Shown in pieces: positions 1 to 8,505 of a stretch of 59,031 nt of DNA. The stretch covers positions 147,293 to 206,323 of the forward strand of contig JBDRPX010000003.1 in the NCBI GenBank assembly GCA_043826565.1. Direction: 5' to 3'. The notes below the pieces were generated by a model. It was not told where the DNA came from. It worked only from the letters and a program-made list of their open reading frames with translations, and ran no database searches. The first letter of the stretch is position 1. Each line of letters opens with the position of its first letter. The DNA comes from Candidatus Omnitrophota bacterium. GTDB taxonomy: Bacteria > Omnitrophota > Gorgyraeia > B26-G9. Made by a program: the position numbers and the translations under genes.

Positions 1-161
1 GGGTTGTAATTCCCAAAGAAGATTATTTCGGGATAGCGCATATGGATCCGGGAACACTGGATAAATATATTAATTTACTTAATAATAATTTTGAAATGTT
101 GTCTTTCTGGGAATCTAATAAAATTAAGGTATATCTTTCTCAGGGTGATTTAAAGAATTAA
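1..161 (+). CDS. 3' end of a CDS truncated by the window edge (hypothetical)
   Basis: Open frame from position 3 (VVIPKEDYFGIAHMDPG...SQGDLKN) to TAA 159-161, directly upstream of the next gene. Confidence 0.6.
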   Translation, partial: VVIPKEDYFGIAHMDPGTLDKYINLLNNNFEMLSFWESNKIKVYLSQGDLKN

Positions 162-192
162 AACTAAGGTATTAGCATTTTTAGGTACAGGC

Positions 193-1632
193 ATGGTTAA
201 AAAAATTTTACTAATAAATCCCAATTTTCATTATTTCCCCGGATGGGGGCAAACGGTTCTTGATTATAAACAGCTTCCCTTAGGACTTGCGTATATTGCT
301 TCGTATATTAAATACTATTTCAATAATCAGATAGATGTTATGGTTTGTGATGCGGCATTAGAGAATTTTGATGTAAGCAATGTCGTTAATTATATTGGGA
401 AAGTTAACCCGGATGTTGTCGGGATATCTGTTCACACAGCTACGGTAACATTTGTGCGCAATGTGGTGAGTAAAGTTAAACGATTATATCCGCAGGTATT
501 CGTGGTTTTAGGGGGGCCGCATATAACAGCATTACCTCTTGAAAACCTGGATATTGCCGATGTTTGTGTGGTCGGAGAAGGGGAACATACTTTTGCTGAA
601 CTGCTGCAGAACCTTAAACAAGGTCTTCCTTTTGATAATGTAAACGGTATAGCTTTTAAAAAAAACGGAAACTGTTATATGAGTCAGAAACGTAAGCTGA
701 TAGATAATTTGGATGAGTTGCCGTTTCCGGCGCGTGAATTATTTTCAAGCAGTGGGTATAAATATCATTATCCGTATAAATTTAAAAATCCGTATTATGA
801 AACGATCATTACCTCTCGTGGCTGTTCTTTTGATTGTGACTTTTGCTTGAATGACAAAATGTGGGATAAACAGGTAAGATATCGTAGCTTGGACAATGTT
901 TATGCGGAGCTGGAAGAGTTGATGAAGTCTAAGGAATTATCCTTGGTGCATATAGGGGATGATAATTTTACTGGAAATATTGAAAGAGTATTAGAGTTTT
1001 GTCACAGGAAACAAAAATATTTTTCTGATTTAAAATGGATTTGTCATGTTCGTGCGGATTCTTTAACGGAAATATTGTTAAAAGAAATGAAAAAGTCGGG
1101 CTGTTTAGAAGTACAAATGGGGGCAGAGAGCGGTGATGATGAGATTTTAATGAATTGCGGCAAGAAGTTAAAGACAGCTACGATTCATAAAGCTTCTCAG
1201 ATGTTAAAAAAAGCGGGTATAAATAACTGGTCGACTTTTATGATCGGTAATGAAAAAGAGTCTGAGAGTAGTGTGGAAAAGACTATCCAATTTGCAAAGA
1301 AAATCGACCCCACTTATTGCTCATTTTTATTTTTATCTCCTTTTCCCGGAACCAGATGTTTTGATAGATTTAAAGCTAAAAGATATTTAAAAACATTCGA
1401 TTGGCAGAAATACAATTTTCATGCTGAGCCGGTTTTTGAGACAGAATTATTGTCCGCAAAAAAAATGATGCAGCTTAGAAAACGCGCGTATAGAAAGTTT
1501 TATTTGCGTCCTAGGATAATATTTCGGTATGCTTTAGTTTTGTTAAAAAGCGGTCAGTGTAGATTGGTGCTGGCTAATAGTTTTCTTTTATTAAGATTTT
1601 TGTTAGGGATGATTGAAAAAAGGGAGAGGTGA
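193..1632 (+). CDS. B12-binding-domain radical SAM protein (class B methyltransferase-like)
   Basis: N-terminal cobalamin-binding features (PLGLAYIAS, GGPH, GEGE); TSRGCSFDCDFC CxxxCxxC; DDNF. Confidence 0.9.
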   Translation: MVKKILLINPNFHYFPGWGQTVLDYKQLPLGLAYIASYIKYYFNNQIDVMVCDAALENFDVSNVVNYIGKVNPDVVGISVHTATVTFVRNVVSKVKRLYPQVFVVLGGPHITALPLENLDIADVCVVGEGEHTFAELLQNLKQGLPFDNVNGIAFKKNGNCYMSQKRKLIDNLDELPFPARELFSSSGYKYHYPYKFKNPYYETIITSRGCSFDCDFCLNDKMWDKQVRYRSLDNVYAELEELMKSKELSLVHIGDDNFTGNIERVLEFCHRKQKYFSDLKWICHVRADSLTEILLKEMKKSGCLEVQMGAESGDDEILMNCGKKLKTATIHKASQMLKKAGINNWSTFMIGNEKESESSVEKTIQFAKKIDPTYCSFLFLSPFPGTRCFDRFKAKRYLKTFDWQKYNFHAEPVFETELLSAKKMMQLRKRAYRKFYLRPRIIFRYALVLLKSGQCRLVLANSFLLLRFLLGMIEKRER

Positions 1633-3044
1633 TGAGTTCGAAAAAAGTAGTGTTAATTGTTCCTCCGACAATGTTACTAACAGCGACATTTCCTTTTGGC
1701 TTGGGGTATATGGCTGCTATTTTAAATAATCTTGGGCATTCTGTATCTATTTGTAATTTTACGCAAAATAAATATTCCTTGCCCAGAGTAATTAAAAAAA
1801 TCATTGAGTTAGCTCCGGATGTCTTAGGGATAACTGTATACAGTTTTAGTTATCGTGAGTGCAGAGATATTGTGCATGGTGTTAAGCGGATTAATTCGAG
1901 GATCACTATTGTTGTTGGCGGTCCGCATATCTCTGTATTACCTAAAGAAAGCCTGGAAGATTTGAAAGCAGATTTTGCTGTTGTTGGTGAGGCGGAAAGA
2001 ATATTTCCGAAATTAATCGCTCAGGCCGGAGATGTAAATAGCAGTTTTGAGGGCATTTCCGGATTAGCTTATTGGTTAAAAGGACAAGCAGTTTTAAACG
2101 AGGGGCATAATATTATAGACGATTTGGATAGTTTGCCTTTTCCGGCCTGGGAATTAATGCCTCCGGATAAATATAATGATTTTGCATCAGAAATAAGTAG
2201 TATGCGTATGCCGGTTGCTCCAATCTTGACTTCCCGAGGATGCCCTCATAGATGTACTTTTTGCACGGCACATTTTGTTACGGGATACAAACAAAGAATG
2301 CGGTCTGCTAAAAATGTTATTGATGAAATGGAATGGCTGATTAGAAAGTACAGGGTGCAGGAGTTTTTGATTTTTGATGATAATTTTACTGGCGACAAAT
2401 CACATGCGGTTAGCATTTGTGAAGAGATATTAAAACGCGAGTTAGATATCGTATGGAGATGTGCCGTTGGGGTAAGAGTGAATAGTTTGGATGCGGAATT
2501 ACTTGAACTTATGAAAAAGTCTGGCTGTTATCAATTATCCTTAGGGATTGAAACAACTTCGGATGATGTGTTGAATAGATCCAGGAAATCGCTATCATTT
2601 AGTACTACAAAAGAAAAGCTTTCTTTAATAGAGAAATTTGGATTTGAAACTGTAGGTTTTTTTGTTTTCGGATTGCCCGGGGAAACAACCCAGAGCATTA
2701 AAGATACAATAAGTTTTGTGCGAAATTCGAATATTGATCTTCCGGTATTTTCTAAGTTTGTTCCCTTTCCCGGGACAAAGTGTTTTAAAGAAAAATTTAA
2801 GGGGAAGATGTTAAATGATATTAACTGGAATCAATTTTTTGTTTATGGAAGCCAGGAATCAAGTTTTTGTAGTGTGAGGGCTAAGGACTTAGACTGGTTC
2901 TGTTTTTATGCATATTTTTTAACTTATACTAATCCGTTTAGGTTATTTAAACTCATCAAAAAGCTAGTGAGCAGTAAAAATGTAAGATACAATAAATTTT
3001 TTAAATTTATTAAATGTATAATTAGTAGCTTGGTAAAACCATAA
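1629..3044 (+). CDS. B12-binding-domain radical SAM protein
   Basis: PFGLGYMAA, GGPH, GEAE, TSRGCPHRCTFC, DDNF; GTGA overlap with the upstream gene. Confidence 0.9.
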   Translation: MMSSKKVVLIVPPTMLLTATFPFGLGYMAAILNNLGHSVSICNFTQNKYSLPRVIKKIIELAPDVLGITVYSFSYRECRDIVHGVKRINSRITIVVGGPHISVLPKESLEDLKADFAVVGEAERIFPKLIAQAGDVNSSFEGISGLAYWLKGQAVLNEGHNIIDDLDSLPFPAWELMPPDKYNDFASEISSMRMPVAPILTSRGCPHRCTFCTAHFVTGYKQRMRSAKNVIDEMEWLIRKYRVQEFLIFDDNFTGDKSHAVSICEEILKRELDIVWRCAVGVRVNSLDAELLELMKKSGCYQLSLGIETTSDDVLNRSRKSLSFSTTKEKLSLIEKFGFETVGFFVFGLPGETTQSIKDTISFVRNSNIDLPVFSKFVPFPGTKCFKEKFKGKMLNDINWNQFFVYGSQESSFCSVRAKDLDWFCFYAYFLTYTNPFRLFKLIKKLVSSKNVRYNKFFKFIKCIISSLVKP

Positions 3045-3088
3045 AGGGATCAATTTGTAGTTTTGTATCTAGGATAAGGGGATAGGTT

Positions 3089-4330
3089 GTGGATAAAGAA
3101 AATAAGAATATTAATTGGACAAGGCGGGATTTCCTTAAAAATGGATTAAAAGCTGCGGGGTATGTTAGTGCCGGAGTTTTATGCGGGAAATTATGCATGT
3201 ATGTTAGTGGAAAAAAACAATTGCCGGACAATTATGATGAGCTTAAAGAAGCGTGGTATTATGAAAAGTTGTCAAATAATAAGGTGAAGTGCTTATTATG
3301 TGTGTGTGATTGTATTATCGAAGAAGGACAAACCGGTTTTTGTAAAGCGCGTATAAATTTAAAGGGGGGGCTTTACTCATTAGTTTATGGAGCTATTTCC
3401 TGTGATTCTTTTTTCTTAAATGTGGCACATTCACTCATATTTAGTTCTTCAGAAGAGACATGGTCAGTAATTGGGACTGCGGGATGTAACATGAGATGTA
3501 AATTTTGTTTAAACTGGACGATGAGTCAGGCAGATCCCGCAGAGGTTGAGATAGTGCCTTTTATTCTTAATGAAGATCCAATGGATGAGAAGCAAAAAAA
3601 AATTCATAAAGGTAAAAAAATGCTGGTAAGTCCAGAGCAACTTGTTTCAGCGACGATTCAGAGGGGCAATAGCATAATAGGTTATAATTACAATGAGCCG
3701 ACAGTTTACTATGAGTATATGTTTGAAACTGCAAAGCTGGCTAAAAATAAAGGATTGATCAATTTGATCGCGACAAATGGCTATATGCATGAAAAGCCAT
3801 TGCTTGATTTATTACCCTATATGGATGCTGTTAGTATCGGAATAAAAGGATTTGACGATGAAATATATCGTAATTATTGCGGGGCAAGGTTAGATCCGGT
3901 ACTTAAAACTTTAAGAATATTGAAAAGAGAAAATATTCTGTTTGAAATAACTTATGTGTTAATTCCTGCGGTTAATGATGATATGGAACAGATAAAAAAA
4001 ATGTGTGTTTGGATAAGAGATAACCTGGGACCGGAAATTCCGCTGCATTTTTATCGATTTTCACCTAATTATCTCATGCCTAACCTCCCGCAGACCCCCA
4101 TATCCCTTTTAGAAAAAGCACAAAAAATAGCATGGCAATCCGGGATAAAGTATGTGTATATTTATTTTTTGGGAAAATATCTTGATTCTACGATTGAAGA
4201 AAAAATTTATTGTCCGAATTGTAATAAGTTACTTTTACACAGGAAGGATATGCGCGGTTTATTAGAAAATAATACTGTGCGAGGCAAATGTAAGTTTTGC
4301 GGAGAAAAAATCTTATTCTATGTTAAATGA
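3089..4330 (+). CDS. AmmeMemoRadiSam/PFL-activase-like radical SAM enzyme with N-terminal twin-arginine-like motif
   Basis: TRRDFLK; N-terminal CLLCVCDC..GFC; GCNMRCKFC; YNEP; TNGY; C-terminal CPNC...CKFC. Confidence 0.8.
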   Translation: MDKENKNINWTRRDFLKNGLKAAGYVSAGVLCGKLCMYVSGKKQLPDNYDELKEAWYYEKLSNNKVKCLLCVCDCIIEEGQTGFCKARINLKGGLYSLVYGAISCDSFFLNVAHSLIFSSSEETWSVIGTAGCNMRCKFCLNWTMSQADPAEVEIVPFILNEDPMDEKQKKIHKGKKMLVSPEQLVSATIQRGNSIIGYNYNEPTVYYEYMFETAKLAKNKGLINLIATNGYMHEKPLLDLLPYMDAVSIGIKGFDDEIYRNYCGARLDPVLKTLRILKRENILFEITYVLIPAVNDDMEQIKKMCVWIRDNLGPEIPLHFYRFSPNYLMPNLPQTPISLLEKAQKIAWQSGIKYVYIYFLGKYLDSTIEEKIYCPNCNKLLLHRKDMRGLLENNTVRGKCKFCGEKILFYVK

Positions 4331-4976
4331 AATGAAAACAAAGACGATTAGTATTTCTAATTTATTTTTATGGCTGCATTATTGGCTCCAATACTTAGTT
4401 ATCCCCATTAGAAAGCATGAGTGTTTTATCAAAAATATAGTAAATAAGTATGCTCGGGATCAGCGTGTTAAAGTTTTGGATTTTGGCTGTGGGGAGGGTG
4501 TTTTTTCTAAGCTTTTTTTACGTATGGCTAATGTGGATTATGTGGGCTATGATAAGAATTATGTTTGTTTGCAATTTGCTCGGAAGTTTGCGAAAGATAG
4601 CAAATTTGTTTTAGGAAATGAACAGTTATGTATCCCAGGCGAAGTATTTGATTTTGTTCTTTTGCATAATGTGATGCATCATATGAACGACCGCGAAGTA
4701 TGTGTTTTGGTTTCAGAGTTAAAACGTATTCTAAAGCAAGGCGCTTTTGTTATTGTTGTTGAACTAACCATACGAAAAAATCAGAAAGGTTTATTTTTTA
4801 GATTTGTTACATTTTGGGAGGAGCGTCTAAAGAAGATAAGATATTGCGGCGATAGCTTTTTTAGTAAGTTTTTTGCTCCGCATTTTGAAGAGATTTATTC
4901 AGAGAAGATAAGTGCCAATTTTTTGTTTAGATTATTTAAAATTTCTGGGGGAAGTCAGGAGATCTCTAAGAACTGA
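4320..4976 (+). CDS. Class I SAM-dependent methyltransferase
   Basis: VLDFGCGEG motif I; FDFV...VMHH; start may be 4332. Confidence 0.85.
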   Translation: MLNEMKTKTISISNLFLWLHYWLQYLVIPIRKHECFIKNIVNKYARDQRVKVLDFGCGEGVFSKLFLRMANVDYVGYDKNYVCLQFARKFAKDSKFVLGNEQLCIPGEVFDFVLLHNVMHHMNDREVCVLVSELKRILKQGAFVIVVELTIRKNQKGLFFRFVTFWEERLKKIRYCGDSFFSKFFAPHFEEIYSEKISANFLFRLFKISGGSQEISKN

Positions 4977-4982
4977 AAAAGA

Positions 4983-5011
4983 TTGACATTAATCAATTAT
5001 TGTTTTAATAT
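4983..5011 (+). promoter_or_regulatory. Sigma70-type promoter for the small peptide ORF
   Basis: TTGACA (4983-4988)-N17-TAATAT (5006-5011); RBS GAGGT at 5018-5022. Confidence 0.75.
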
Positions 5012-5028
5012 GTATTTGAGGTAAAAAA

Positions 5029-5112
5029 ATGACTATAAAAAAAATTAATAAAACCACAAAAGAGAAGAAAAAACTTTCTCGCTACTGCCGTTCCGGACGA
5101 GTTCTCTGGTAA
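5029..5112 (+). CDS. 27-aa peptide MTIKKINKTTKEKKKLSRYCRSGRVLW; putative RiPP precursor
   Basis: Translated by hand (below the ORF-track size cutoff); GAGGT RBS 6 nt before ATG; dedicated promoter; stop 3 nt from the stop of a SPASM rSAM. Confidence 0.7.
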   Translation: MTIKKINKTTKEKKKLSRYCRSGRVLW

Positions 5113-5115
5113 TTT

Positions 5116-6618
5116 TCAATAAAGCTCGTTACCTCTTTTCCCGGCAGGGTCAAATCCAAATAGTTCTTCCAGTTTATCGGGGATCTTTTCTGATAGAATC
5201 GCTAATGTCGCAATAGCCAATTTTAATTTTTCCTGAAAAAGGGCGCAGCTTTGCGCGTGTGGTTTTGCCGGATTTCCGTTAAAATAATGATTCATATTCA
5301 GGCAGGAACCGGTACTTCGGCAGATGCTGAATATCGGACAGTTACGGCAGAAGTCAAAACGTTTGTTGACTGTGTTGATAAATTTGTTGTATAAATTTTT
5401 CTCTATTCCAGAGAGTACATTTCCCAGCCGGAATTCTTCAATTCCGAGAAAAGATGTGCATGGATAAATATCTCCGTCTGCAGAGACAGCGATTTGTCCT
5501 TTGGCTGCCGGACAGCCGCCGGTTACTTCATAATTGTAATATAATCTTTGCATTAGCTTGAAAAATCTATTAAAGAAAGTTTTGCCGTAGTCAAGATTGC
5601 CGTTAGCAACTTCATCTATATATAGTAAAGATAATTTTTCGTATTCTTTATAGAGGTTGTCATATTGTTTGATTGAATGGAAGAATACTGATTCTCTCTG
5701 GGGTGTAATCTTGTGGCAGGCATCCTCGCTTTCAAAAAGCTCAATTCTCTCAAATCCAAGGTCGCGCAGATGGTGATACAATTTTGTCATATCTGTATAT
5801 GCCGGTGTTACTGTTGTTCGTCCGACAAGCCGTTTGCGGAGTTTTTCCGGCATGTTTTTTAAGTTTGCCGCGATTTTTTCATAACTGCCGGTTTTATCAA
5901 GGAACGGTCTATTCTGGTCATGTACCGATGCCGGACCGTCGATACTTACGGCAATCTGAACTCCTTTGCTGAGCAGTTCTTCGGCTACTTCAGGAGTTAA
6001 TAAAGTTCCGTTTGTTGCCAGAAGAAAATGAAAATTTACATTCCATCCGGATTCATTTTTGCGGCAATAATCGACTGTGGATATAAGCGTAGCCAGGTTA
6101 AGCAGAGGCTCTCCTCCGTAGAAATCTACAACAAGATCCCGGTCTTCTTTACAATTTGCCACCAAAAGGTCTACTGATTTTTGAGCTATTTCCATGTTCA
6201 TTTTATCTTTAGCGTCACTGTCGGGCAGGTACGCAGGGGCAGTATTTCTAAAAGATGTATTTGTGTATTTGCCTTGATCATTCCAGCAGTAAATACATTT
6301 TAAGTTGCACTCTGATGTTAGGTTAAGGGTAAGATCAGTGATCTGAGTGCTGATTTTTTCTCTTTCTAAGAGTTGATTGTCTTTGCGCAAAGGAAAACGC
6401 TTGGTTATTTCCTCGGGTATTGAGCATTCCCGGGCTATTTGATAGAGGTCCTCAGGAGTAAGCGATTGTTCTGATTCTGCTGATTTTTTAAGCCAGTTAT
6501 TAAGCGCATCAAATGCTTCTGCGGATAAATCATAGAAATCACCTGTAGCCGTGGAAATTGCGATATGACGGTCTAATTTTTTAAAAAGATATATCGGTGG
6601 TTTTAGGGAATTTTTCAT
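5116..6618 (-). CDS. Radical SAM/SPASM peptide maturase-like enzyme with putative N-terminal RRE (CteB/anSME-like)
   Basis: CNLKCIYC; FYGGEPLLN; TNGTLL; SIDG; SPASM Cx12Gx4C...Cx2Cx5Cx5Cx18C; about 90-aa N-terminal extension with RRE-like pattern. Confidence 0.85.
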   Translation of the reverse strand: MKNSLKPPIYLFKKLDRHIAISTATGDFYDLSAEAFDALNNWLKKSAESEQSLTPEDLYQIARECSIPEEITKRFPLRKDNQLLEREKISTQITDLTLNLTSECNLKCIYCWNDQGKYTNTSFRNTAPAYLPDSDAKDKMNMEIAQKSVDLLVANCKEDRDLVVDFYGGEPLLNLATLISTVDYCRKNESGWNVNFHFLLATNGTLLTPEVAEELLSKGVQIAVSIDGPASVHDQNRPFLDKTGSYEKIAANLKNMPEKLRKRLVGRTTVTPAYTDMTKLYHHLRDLGFERIELFESEDACHKITPQRESVFFHSIKQYDNLYKEYEKLSLLYIDEVANGNLDYGKTFFNRFFKLMQRLYYNYEVTGGCPAAKGQIAVSADGDIYPCTSFLGIEEFRLGNVLSGIEKNLYNKFINTVNKRFDFCRNCPIFSICRSTGSCLNMNHYFNGNPAKPHAQSCALFQEKLKLAIATLAILSEKIPDKLEELFGFDPAGKRGNELY

Positions 6619-6724
6619 ATTATATATATAACATCCCCTTGGTGAGAATTCAAGTTAAAAGTGTCTTAACAGTTGAAAAAACCCTAACAGATTGATTTTT
6701 AAAAACATAGGTAAATTCTCTGGA

Positions 6725-6753
6725 TTGAATAGAACTATATTTTATGTTAGTAT
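6725..6753 (+). promoter_or_regulatory. Putative sigma70 promoter of the glycosyltransferase operon
   Basis: TTGAAT-N17-TAGTAT with extended TG. Confidence 0.5.
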
Positions 6754-6841
6754 AGTATTTAATTGCCGGTTTTTAAGGCAAAACTTTGGTTGTTTGCATT
6801 ACTTCAATCTTATTAATTAATTTCGGGAGCGAGTTTTATTT

Positions 6842-7531
6842 ATGAAAATATCAATTATAATCCCAGTATATAATGAGGGGAAAACGCTCAGTGAATTATT
6901 GCATAAAATTTTAAAAGTTGATCTTGATGATGTATTTAAGGAGATAATCATAGTTGATGATTATTCTGATGATCTAACCGGAAAAATTCTTCAAGAATTT
7001 TTATCTCTTGATAATTTTATTATCCTATCTCACGATAAACAAAAAGGTAAGGGGCAGGCGATCAGAACCGGGTTAAGGGCAGCTACCGGAGATATGATCA
7101 TAATCCAGGATGGCGACTTGGAATATGACCCGGAAGATTATAAAAAGCTTATATTTTGTATGCAGGAAAGCGGCGCCGAAGTTGTTTATGGTTCCCGGTT
7201 TATGGGGACAGCAATAAGATGCCGGCTTATTTATTATATCGCTAATCGTTTACTTACTAAATTAACTAATTTAATATATAGGAGCGCGCTGACGGATATG
7301 GAGACCTGCTATAAGTTGTTTAAGCGTGAAGTAATAATGGGACTGGGGCTGACCTCTCAAGGTTTTGAATTTGAGCCGGAAGTAACGGCAAAAATTCTCC
7401 TTAAGGGCATAGTCATTAAAGAGGTTCCGATCCAATATAATGCCCGGGATAAGCGCTGGGGGAAAAAGATCCGGTTTAGCGATGGATTAAGAGCAATAAA
7501 CATGCTTTTGAAATGTAAAATCAAAGGATAA
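6842..7531 (+). CDS. Glycosyltransferase family 2 (DPM1-like, polyprenol-phosphate sugar synthase)
   Basis: [43 protein letters not shown]. Confidence 0.9.
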   Translation: MKISIIIPVYNEGKTLSELLHKILKVDLDDVFKEIIIVDDYSDDLTGKILQEFLSLDNFIILSHDKQKGKGQAIRTGLRAATGDMIIIQDGDLEYDPEDYKKLIFCMQESGAEVVYGSRFMGTAIRCRLIYYIANRLLTKLTNLIYRSALTDMETCYKLFKREVIMGLGLTSQGFEFEPEVTAKILLKGIVIKEVPIQYNARDKRWGKKIRFSDGLRAINMLLKCKIKG

Positions 7532-7536
7532 ATCTT

Positions 7537-8505
7537 GTGGACTATTCTGTAGCAGGAATTATTACGACTGCCGCTAGGCGGGAAAATGATTTACTGAATT
7601 TATTATCAGCTTTGGAAGAGTTAACTATTCCGCTGCAGAAAATTTATATTATTTATGACGGTACTGTTTCTTTATCGGAACGGATTTTAAAAAGTGGTTT
7701 AACTCAAGCGGTAGTTTGGATTCGGTCTGCCTCGCAGGTTCCCATAACTTTTGAGCAAAATAAAGTGATTTCTCAAATAAGTCAAAAATATATCTTATTG
7801 ATGAATGATGATATTATCCCGGACCCGTATTTTTTGCAGTTTTTAATTTCTTCTTTAGAGCAAATGAATGAAGTCGGGATGGGGTGCGGAAAATTAATCC
7901 GGATGGATAAACAGACAATCGACAGCGCCGGACAAATAATTTCCCGAAGCCGTCGTCCGATAGACCGGGGGTATGGGGAAAAAGACCGGGGGCAGTTTGA
8001 TACTCCCGGTTTTGTTTTTGGCTGTTGCGGAGCTGCGGTTTTATATCGGCGGGATATGCTGCAGGATATATCGATCAGCCCGGGGGAATATTTTGATAAT
8101 GAGTATAATATGTTTTATGATGATTTGGATATCTCCTGGAGGGCCCAAAATCAGGGATGGAAAGCTTTCTATAATCCGAAAGCAATTGCGTATCACCATC
8201 GGGGCTTAACTGCGAAGATAAATAAGCCGAAATTAAAGTTTTTGGAAAAATACAGTTTTGCCTGGCTTTCCAGCAGACTTAAAAGTGACCTGGTAAAAAA
8301 CCGTTATATGACAATCATTAAAAACGATAATTTAAAGGGGTTTATTTTAAATTTGCCTTTTATCTTTTTATATGATTTAAAGTTGTGGACATACCTGCTC
8401 ATTTTTGATTTAAGAGCTGCAGGGATGCTTCTAAAAAAGACCAAAGTTATTTTAAAAGCGTGGGAGAAACGCCGGATTATCTTTGAAAATATGAAAAAGT
8501 CATGA
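7537..8505 (+). CDS. Glycosyltransferase family 2
   Basis: LMNDD, GCCGAAVLYRR, MFYDDLDISWR, AYHH. Confidence 0.85.
   Translation: MDYSVAGIITTAARRENDLLNLLSALEELTIPLQKIYIIYDGTVSLSERILKSGLTQAVVWIRSASQVPITFEQNKVISQISQKYILLMNDDIIPDPYFLQFLISSLEQMNEVGMGCGKLIRMDKQTIDSAGQIISRSRRPIDRGYGEKDRGQFDTPGFVFGCCGAAVLYRRDMLQDISISPGEYFDNEYNMFYDDLDISWRAQNQGWKAFYNPKAIAYHHRGLTAKINKPKLKFLEKYSFAWLSSRLKSDLVKNRYMTIIKNDNLKGFILNLPFIFLYDLKLWTYLLIFDLRAAGMLLKKTKVILKAWEKRRIIFENMKKS

Noticed and set aside
5029-5112. Calling the peptide a SCIFF/ranthipeptide precursor
   Set aside because: It has one Cys rather than six and is 27 aa; only the leader is reminiscent.
6621-6630. (TA)5 run before the SPASM gene as a phase-variable element
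   Set aside because: Short and unremarkable in AT-rich promoter DNA.
6655-6708. Minus-strand 17-aa ORF MFLKINLLGFFQLLRHF upstream of the SPASM rSAM as an alternative precursor
   Set aside because: Weak RBS, no Cys/Trp/Tyr and no leader-like character; the 5029-5112 ORF has much better expression signals.
6760-6835. c-di-GMP riboswitch or ops/JUMPstart element in the GT operon leader (TTGCC..GGCAAA, CGGGAGCG)
   Set aside because: Only fragmentary resemblance; the required second stem and GGCGGTAG consensus are absent.
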